NCBI GenBank assembly: GCA_902634405.1 | Contig: CACPJY010000006.1 | Location: 10,852-74,851, forward strand | DNA from: an uncultured Synechococcaceae cyanobacterium | GTDB lineage: Bacteria > Cyanobacteriota > Cyanobacteriia > PCC-6307 > Cyanobiaceae | Direction: 5' to 3' | Length of the DNA stretch: 64,000 bases | Shown here: in pieces, positions 59,235 through 64,000 of the stretch | Layout of the letters: every line of letters starts with the position of its first letter | How positions within the stretch are numbered: the stretch's first letter is position 1 | Translations under genes and position numbers: made by a program | Notes under the pieces: model-generated | Told to the model about the DNA's origin: nothing | Database searches by the model: none | The model's input: only the letters and a program-made list of their open reading frames with translations

Positions 59235-59921
59235 TCACCTTGAGAAGAACCACCATGTACCCATTGGTACTAAAGTTCCGATGATTAATAGTGCAGCAAC
59301 CAAAGTAGCTGCATTTCCACCTTGAGTCTCTTCCTTAGAAGGAACTGTTAAGGGTCTAGGCGATAATTGGACAATCTCTGCTGGGGGTCCTGGATCCTCT
59401 CCACCATTAAATACAACTTCCAGGCGATCTATAGCATCGACACTAGCTTTACGATATTGCTGAGATTGACGGAGTGGTTGACTCATTGTTGTTTTGCCAA
59501 TACTTCTCAGCAGTTCAGGTGGCAGCTGAGAGGTTAATGATTGATCTACCTGAACTGCAGATTGATTATTTTGCGATTCGATCATGAAGAGTAATAAAGG
59601 CAATCTAGAGTTATCTTCTTGATCTGACCATCTTGATATCAATGAATCACCTAAGCTTGGAAGACTTACTCCATAGTCCAGTCCCCTTAAGGTTATAAGA
59701 CGAGCGTCAATTTTGTTGTCACCAAGTGTAGTTAATCGTTTTTCTAATTCGGAGGTTGCAGATATGCTCAGCAATGAGGCTCCGTCGTAAACATGCCCCT
59801 GAGGCCTTGTAGATGGGAAATCGCTGATTGAAAGTGCTTTTGCCGAAGGGGAATAAAGTAAAAAGCTGATAGCAAAGGCTAGAAGAATGCGCGTAACCTT
59901 AGCCAGGGATGTAAATGGCAT
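59235..59921 (-). CDS. TPM-domain protein (TLP18.3/Psb32-like)
   Basis: A signal-like N-terminus, a HVYDGASLLS...LEKRL pattern at the start of the TPM domain, and a C-terminal TM anchor (AATLVAALLIIGTLVPMGTWWFF). Confidence 0.6.
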   Translation of the reverse strand: MPFTSLAKVTRILLAFAISFLLYSPSAKALSISDFPSTRPQGHVYDGASLLSISATSELEKRLTTLGDNKIDARLITLRGLDYGVSLPSLGDSLISRWSDQEDNSRLPLLLFMIESQNNQSAVQVDQSLTSQLPPELLRSIGKTTMSQPLRQSQQYRKASVDAIDRLEVVFNGGEDPGPPAEIVQLSPRPLTVPSKEETQGGNAATLVAALLIIGTLVPMGTWWFFSR

Positions 59922-60166
59922 GAGATTTCGATATGTTCTTCTAGTCTGAAGGACAACGCCAAAAAAAGGTCAGTAAATGCACAAACTCTTGCAAATTATT
60001 CTTGATTAAGACCAAAAAGGTAGATCACCTCACAAGGTGTAGATCAAAATTTGATATTGGCAAATGGTATGAATAGCAAATTCACATTGGATAATGCAGG
60101 GGAATTAAAGATCAATTATAATAAGTATAGTCGAAAACATCGCTAACTAATCAGGCTAATATTAGT

Positions 60167-60793
60167 ATGACTAAAGCTGCTCTAATAACATTAATAAGTG
60201 GTATTATAATGCTCATATTAACAATAATAAATGGATTTACCCTTGAGCAAATAACACCTAGCGGCCAACGATCTGAGGTAATTGCTGGATTAGCATCTGT
60301 AGGCTTGATGTTAGTAGCAATTTTATGGACAGAGGCCAATCCTAAACCCGCTGAAAGATCAGAGCTACTTGGACAAAACGGATTATTTATTGAAAATGAT
60401 CTTCAAGATAGTTTAAAAAGAGAGTTAGGATGGGGTAGCGAACTCATTTTAACTGCAACTGGAGCAGCAACCATTTTAGTATTTTGGAATAATAGAACAT
60501 TGCTGAAAAGGGGAATTACCCTTAGCTCAGATTTTAAACCAGGCCAGACTACAAAAAGTGTAATTAATAGTGGTAAGAAATTATCTTTAGTAAATACAAG
60601 ATTCTTTCCAAATAAAGACGAATTTAATAGTATAGTAAAAAATTTGCCCTCAATAATATTACAGCCATTGTCCGATAGAGGTGTATTGATAGTAGGAGGA
60701 TGGTCTGAAAGATGTTTTACACAGTCAGGTGAAGTATTAATAGAAGGCTGGGCACGGCGACTTGCAGAAGAATTAATAGAATCAGAAGCCTAA
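60167..60793 (+). CDS. hypothetical membrane protein (possibly CCB-like, DUF2930)
   Basis: Two N-terminal TM helices followed by a soluble domain, 208 aa. The family assignment is only a weak recollection. Confidence 0.5.
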   Translation: MTKAALITLISGIIMLILTIINGFTLEQITPSGQRSEVIAGLASVGLMLVAILWTEANPKPAERSELLGQNGLFIENDLQDSLKRELGWGSELILTATGAATILVFWNNRTLLKRGITLSSDFKPGQTTKSVINSGKKLSLVNTRFFPNKDEFNSIVKNLPSIILQPLSDRGVLIVGGWSERCFTQSGEVLIEGWARRLAEELIESEA

Positions 60794-60802
60794 TATAGAT
60801 TA

Positions 60803-61768
60803 CTAGGGTAACTTACCATTGGTATTATCAATTAGTACATTCGATTTAACTTTTGAATCTTTTGATGAAAATGTAACCCTGCCTTGTTTATCAAAGTCAG
60901 CTAGGAGCTCATTAGCAGTAGTTGTAAGTCCATTGGAGGCCTGAGTAACTCTTACATTTCCTTCAGCAAAAAGTTTTTTATTATTCCAATTCCAAGTACA
61001 AAATGAGGCTGACAATGTCTCTTCAGGTTGTACTAGTGTACAGCTATGAATAGTTATATAACCATTTTTACTATTACCTATAAGTTTAGTGCCAGAAATG
61101 TAAGTTAATAATGAATCTATATTCCTTTTCCAATTACCTGAAATTGGACCATTAGCTGATAAGTCGCCAGTTACAAGATTCCATAGACCATTTGATGTTT
61201 TCAGATTATATTGAGCATCGTTTTTCATTAATGTTGAATTAGTCCAACGCTTGATTAGTAGTGGACCTGATAGTTCCAAATCAGAAGTTAATTGATTTAA
61301 TAGAGCTGATTGACCTTGTACCCGTGTATATTCATCTAATAGAACAAAATTACCTAAAACTTCAATTAGTGAATCATTAGGTATCCAATTCATCCTATTG
61401 GTATGAAGTTCAAACTTTTCATTTGATAACATCTTAAGTTTTATATTACCCTCAAGAAGTAAATAATCACCATCATCCAATATGGTAACAAGTTCGGAAA
61501 CTAATGAATATTTTGCTTGATTGTTTGAATAAAACCTGCCGGATGGCTTGATTGCCTTTATAAGTCTGTTAGACAAATCATATTGTGCCTCTGAACTTTG
61601 CAAATCCCATGAAAGAGATCCGTCAGAGTGACGGTGCTGTAAATTAAGTTTATTAAAAACAAATGGAGTTGGTTTAAAGCTAGCTGAATCAATAGAGTTA
61701 CTACAAGCATTCAAAAGAGCACTGCAAAAGAGTAATAATAAGGCAGTAAATGGGTTATATCGAATCAT
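60803..61768 (-). CDS. putative periplasmic lipoprotein (LptC/OstA-like?)
   Basis: Lipobox LLNAC. Repeated GN(I/V)K/R-type beta-strand patterns (EGNIKLKM, EGNVRVTQ) recall OstA/LptC folds. 14-nt overlap with metG. Confidence 0.5.
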   Translation of the reverse strand: MIRYNPFTALLLLFCSALLNACSNSIDSASFKPTPFVFNKLNLQHRHSDGSLSWDLQSSEAQYDLSNRLIKAIKPSGRFYSNNQAKYSLVSELVTILDDGDYLLLEGNIKLKMLSNEKFELHTNRMNWIPNDSLIEVLGNFVLLDEYTRVQGQSALLNQLTSDLELSGPLLIKRWTNSTLMKNDAQYNLKTSNGLWNLVTGDLSANGPISGNWKRNIDSLLTYISGTKLIGNSKNGYITIHSCTLVQPEETLSASFCTWNWNNKKLFAEGNVRVTQASNGLTTTANELLADFDKQGRVTFSSKDSKVKSNVLIDNTNGKLP

Positions 61769-63296
61769 TTTCTAATCTGCTAATTACTGGTGAAGGATTA
61801 GGTAAAGACAGACCTGGTTCTAATGAACCCCAGTATCCGAACTTCTCTATTGAAATTTCTAGGTGATCTTGTGATAGTTGAGTCAATAAACGTTTGCTTA
61901 TACTAGGTGTAAAGGGGTGTAAAAGGAGACCAATGATCCTAGAGGTTTCTAGTACTGAGTAAATATCAATGGCGACTCTGCCAATGTTTTCAGTGTCCTT
62001 AATTAATTTCCATGGTTCACATTCATTTAAGTAAAGATTAGCGTGGGATGCTAATATTAATATTTCTGATGCAGCAGAATGAAGTTCTATAGAGTCCATA
62101 TATTTCAAATAATTGGACATACTTTCGTTGGATTTATGAGCTAAATAGTGATCTTTAATAGTTGAAATTTTAATGTTAGGTACACAGTCATTAAACCACT
62201 TCCTGCTCATTGAAGAAGTTCTATTAATTAAGTTACCTATTACATTTGCTAAATCATTATTGACTAAATCAATAAATCGTTTTTGTTGGAAGTCACCGTC
62301 ATTGCCGAAACCGATATCTTTTAACAGATACCATCTAATGCGGTCTGATCCATATTCAGTCAATAATTGTGCAGGATCTAAAACGTTACCTAATGACTTA
62401 CCCATCTTTGCTCCTTCTCTAGTTAGAAATCCATGGGCGAAAACTGATCTGGGTAACGGTAAACCAGCAGAGAGAAGCATTGCTGGCCAATAAACTGCAT
62501 GAAATCGTAAAATATCCTTACCTATGACATGAATTGATGCAGGCCAACCAAGCAATGTCACATCACTAAGTTGGGGATCATCAGATTGAGCGACTAAGGC
62601 AGAAAGATAACCAACTAAAGCATCAAACCAAACATAAAAAGTATGATCTAAGTGTCCGGGTACGGGAATACCCCAGGAAAGTCCAACTCTTGAAATAGAA
62701 AAGTCCTTTAGTCCTGATTTAACAAAATTTTGGATTTCTTTTCTTCGTGTTTTAGGTAGGATAAAAGAGTCTTTTGAGATTAGTTCTTCTATATCTTTTT
62801 GAAATTTTGATAATCTAAAAAATAAATTTTCTTCGTCACGCCATTCAAGTTTTTTCTTATGTATATTACATTCAGGTTTATCATCAGTTACAGGTACGTC
62901 TTTATATTCCTCACATCCAACGCAATACCATCCCTTTTGACGACCCATGTAAATATCGCCTGATTGGTATACAAGCTTAAAAAACTGCTCTACTACAGAA
63001 ATGTGTTTAATATCTGTAGTCCTAATAAATTTATCAGATGTGATAGACCACTGATTCCATAACTGTTCATAAGTAGAGGAAATCTGATCACAATGTTCCT
63101 GGGGAGGGATATTCTTTAATGCTGCTGTACGTTGAATTTTTAGACCATGTTCGTCAACTCCTGTTATAAAGCAAACGCTTTGTCCAATTGACCGCTGATG
63201 TCTAGAGATCGCATCGCAGGCGATGGTTGTGTATGTACTTCCTAGGTGAGGCTTGTCATTTACGTAATAAAGTGGCGTGGTCACTGTATAGGGCAT
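61755..63296 (-). CDS. metG: methionine--tRNA ligase
   Basis: PLYYVNDKPHLGSTYTT (the HIGH region), the KMGKSLGN motif, and a CVGCEEY zinc-knuckle region. Confidence 0.93.
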   Translation of the reverse strand: MPYTVTTPLYYVNDKPHLGSTYTTIACDAISRHQRSIGQSVCFITGVDEHGLKIQRTAALKNIPPQEHCDQISSTYEQLWNQWSITSDKFIRTTDIKHISVVEQFFKLVYQSGDIYMGRQKGWYCVGCEEYKDVPVTDDKPECNIHKKKLEWRDEENLFFRLSKFQKDIEELISKDSFILPKTRRKEIQNFVKSGLKDFSISRVGLSWGIPVPGHLDHTFYVWFDALVGYLSALVAQSDDPQLSDVTLLGWPASIHVIGKDILRFHAVYWPAMLLSAGLPLPRSVFAHGFLTREGAKMGKSLGNVLDPAQLLTEYGSDRIRWYLLKDIGFGNDGDFQQKRFIDLVNNDLANVIGNLINRTSSMSRKWFNDCVPNIKISTIKDHYLAHKSNESMSNYLKYMDSIELHSAASEILILASHANLYLNECEPWKLIKDTENIGRVAIDIYSVLETSRIIGLLLHPFTPSISKRLLTQLSQDHLEISIEKFGYWGSLEPGLSLPNPSPVISRLENDSI

Positions 63297-63414
63297 CAGA
63301 TTGACTTATAGGAAGCATTACATAAGAGTACTTTACTTAAGAACAGAAGAATAAGTAAGTACAAGAAGAGTATATAGGAAAAACTATTGTAAGGAATGAC
63401 TTATATTCTCTAGG

Positions 63415-64000
63415 TTAAGTCTCCGTAAAGGTGACAATATGGTCGCTATCATGAAAATTGGTTATTAAGATATCCAAGGGATCGCCTAATGAAAGTTGAG
63501 TGTCAGATCTTATATGACATGTGACATTAATAGCTATATCTGGTAAACAGACTAGTGCTAATTTAGTATTAATATGTAACCAGCGTAAGAATAGGGCACT
63601 CCAACGAAGTTGTTTATTACTCCGGAGCCAATGTGAAAGGGATTCGTAAAAATCATTATTAGTAATATGTTTTGCATGTGTTGTCTTAATATCTATTTGT
63701 TTTATTATTTGAGAAAGGAGTGAGGACTCTATTCCTTTGGAAGATAAAAGGAAGGCAATTATCTGTCTATGTGATACTAGATCAATATAACGTCTTATTG
63801 GAGATGTAAAATGTACATAGTAATCTAAGCCTAAACTATAGTGAGATTTAGGAGAGAGCGAATAGCTGCTTTTGTAGAAAGAACTGGTAATAGCAAAATT
63901 ACTGATTAGTTTGGATTTATATCTTGTAAGATATTCCTTTGGTATTCTATGTGAATTGGGTTGTCCTCTAAAAGGCAATGATATTGAGTTTGTGTATGCA
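63415..64000 (-). CDS. RNase II-family exoribonuclease, C-terminal part (5' end lies outside the window)
   Basis: The frame is open to the window edge. It carries the canonical RNB motif IV, HFTSPIRRYIDLVSHRQI. Confidence 0.8.
   Translation of the reverse strand, partial: AYTNSISLPFRGQPNSHRIPKEYLTRYKSKLISNFAITSSFYKSSYSLSPKSHYSLGLDYYVHFTSPIRRYIDLVSHRQIIAFLLSSKGIESSLLSQIIKQIDIKTTHAKHITNNDFYESLSHWLRSNKQLRWSALFLRWLHINTKLALVCLPDIAINVTCHIRSDTQLSLGDPLDILITNFHDSDHIVTFTET

Noticed and set aside
1-64000. Scan for CRISPR arrays, IS elements, prophage genes and long tandem or dispersed repeats
   Set aside because: Visual reading of intergenic regions and ORF products found none. A computational repeat search would be needed to exclude short dispersed repeats.

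Overview
This AT-rich 64 kb window is densely packed with about 70 genes. It reads as a core-genome stretch of a low-GC marine picocyanobacterium. The PsbD/PsbC sequences, ycf4, ycf39, petM and the split pntA/pntB operon point to Prochlorococcus. That assignment is inferred from remembered motifs, because no alignments or searches were run. Most genes are housekeeping or photosynthesis genes: cysS, dxr, pntAB, ilvH, psbD-psbC, cobQ, cobU, crtL, mfd, fmt, tldD/pmbA, ubiX, recJ, ftsH, metG, rpmF and one tRNA-CAU. I saw no CRISPR array, transposase, integrase, IS element or long repeat.

The best candidate for something undescribed is a divergent cluster at about 28.7-34.1 kb built around an ArsS-like radical SAM gene. 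One arm is a StpA-like phosphatase followed by arsS. The other arm is a 519-aa orphan, an APH-fold sugar-kinase-like protein and a CxxC thioredoxin-like protein. I propose that this cluster encodes the still-unassigned late steps of arsenosugar synthesis. Osmolyte metabolism is the competing explanation.

Other points worth a second look:
- an SF2 helicase whose Walker A motif lies upstream of any canonical start codon, with an A5-run frameshift that would restore the frame
- an RNB-family protein with degenerate catalytic motifs
- an IF-1 paralog with a Gly/Arg-rich tail
- an FtsH without a first transmembrane segment
- a split UPF0016 transporter pair
- a 1.6 kb gene-poor AT-rich gap
- several small genes missing from the ORF track (petM, rpmF, a psb30-like ORF and a DUF465-like ORF)
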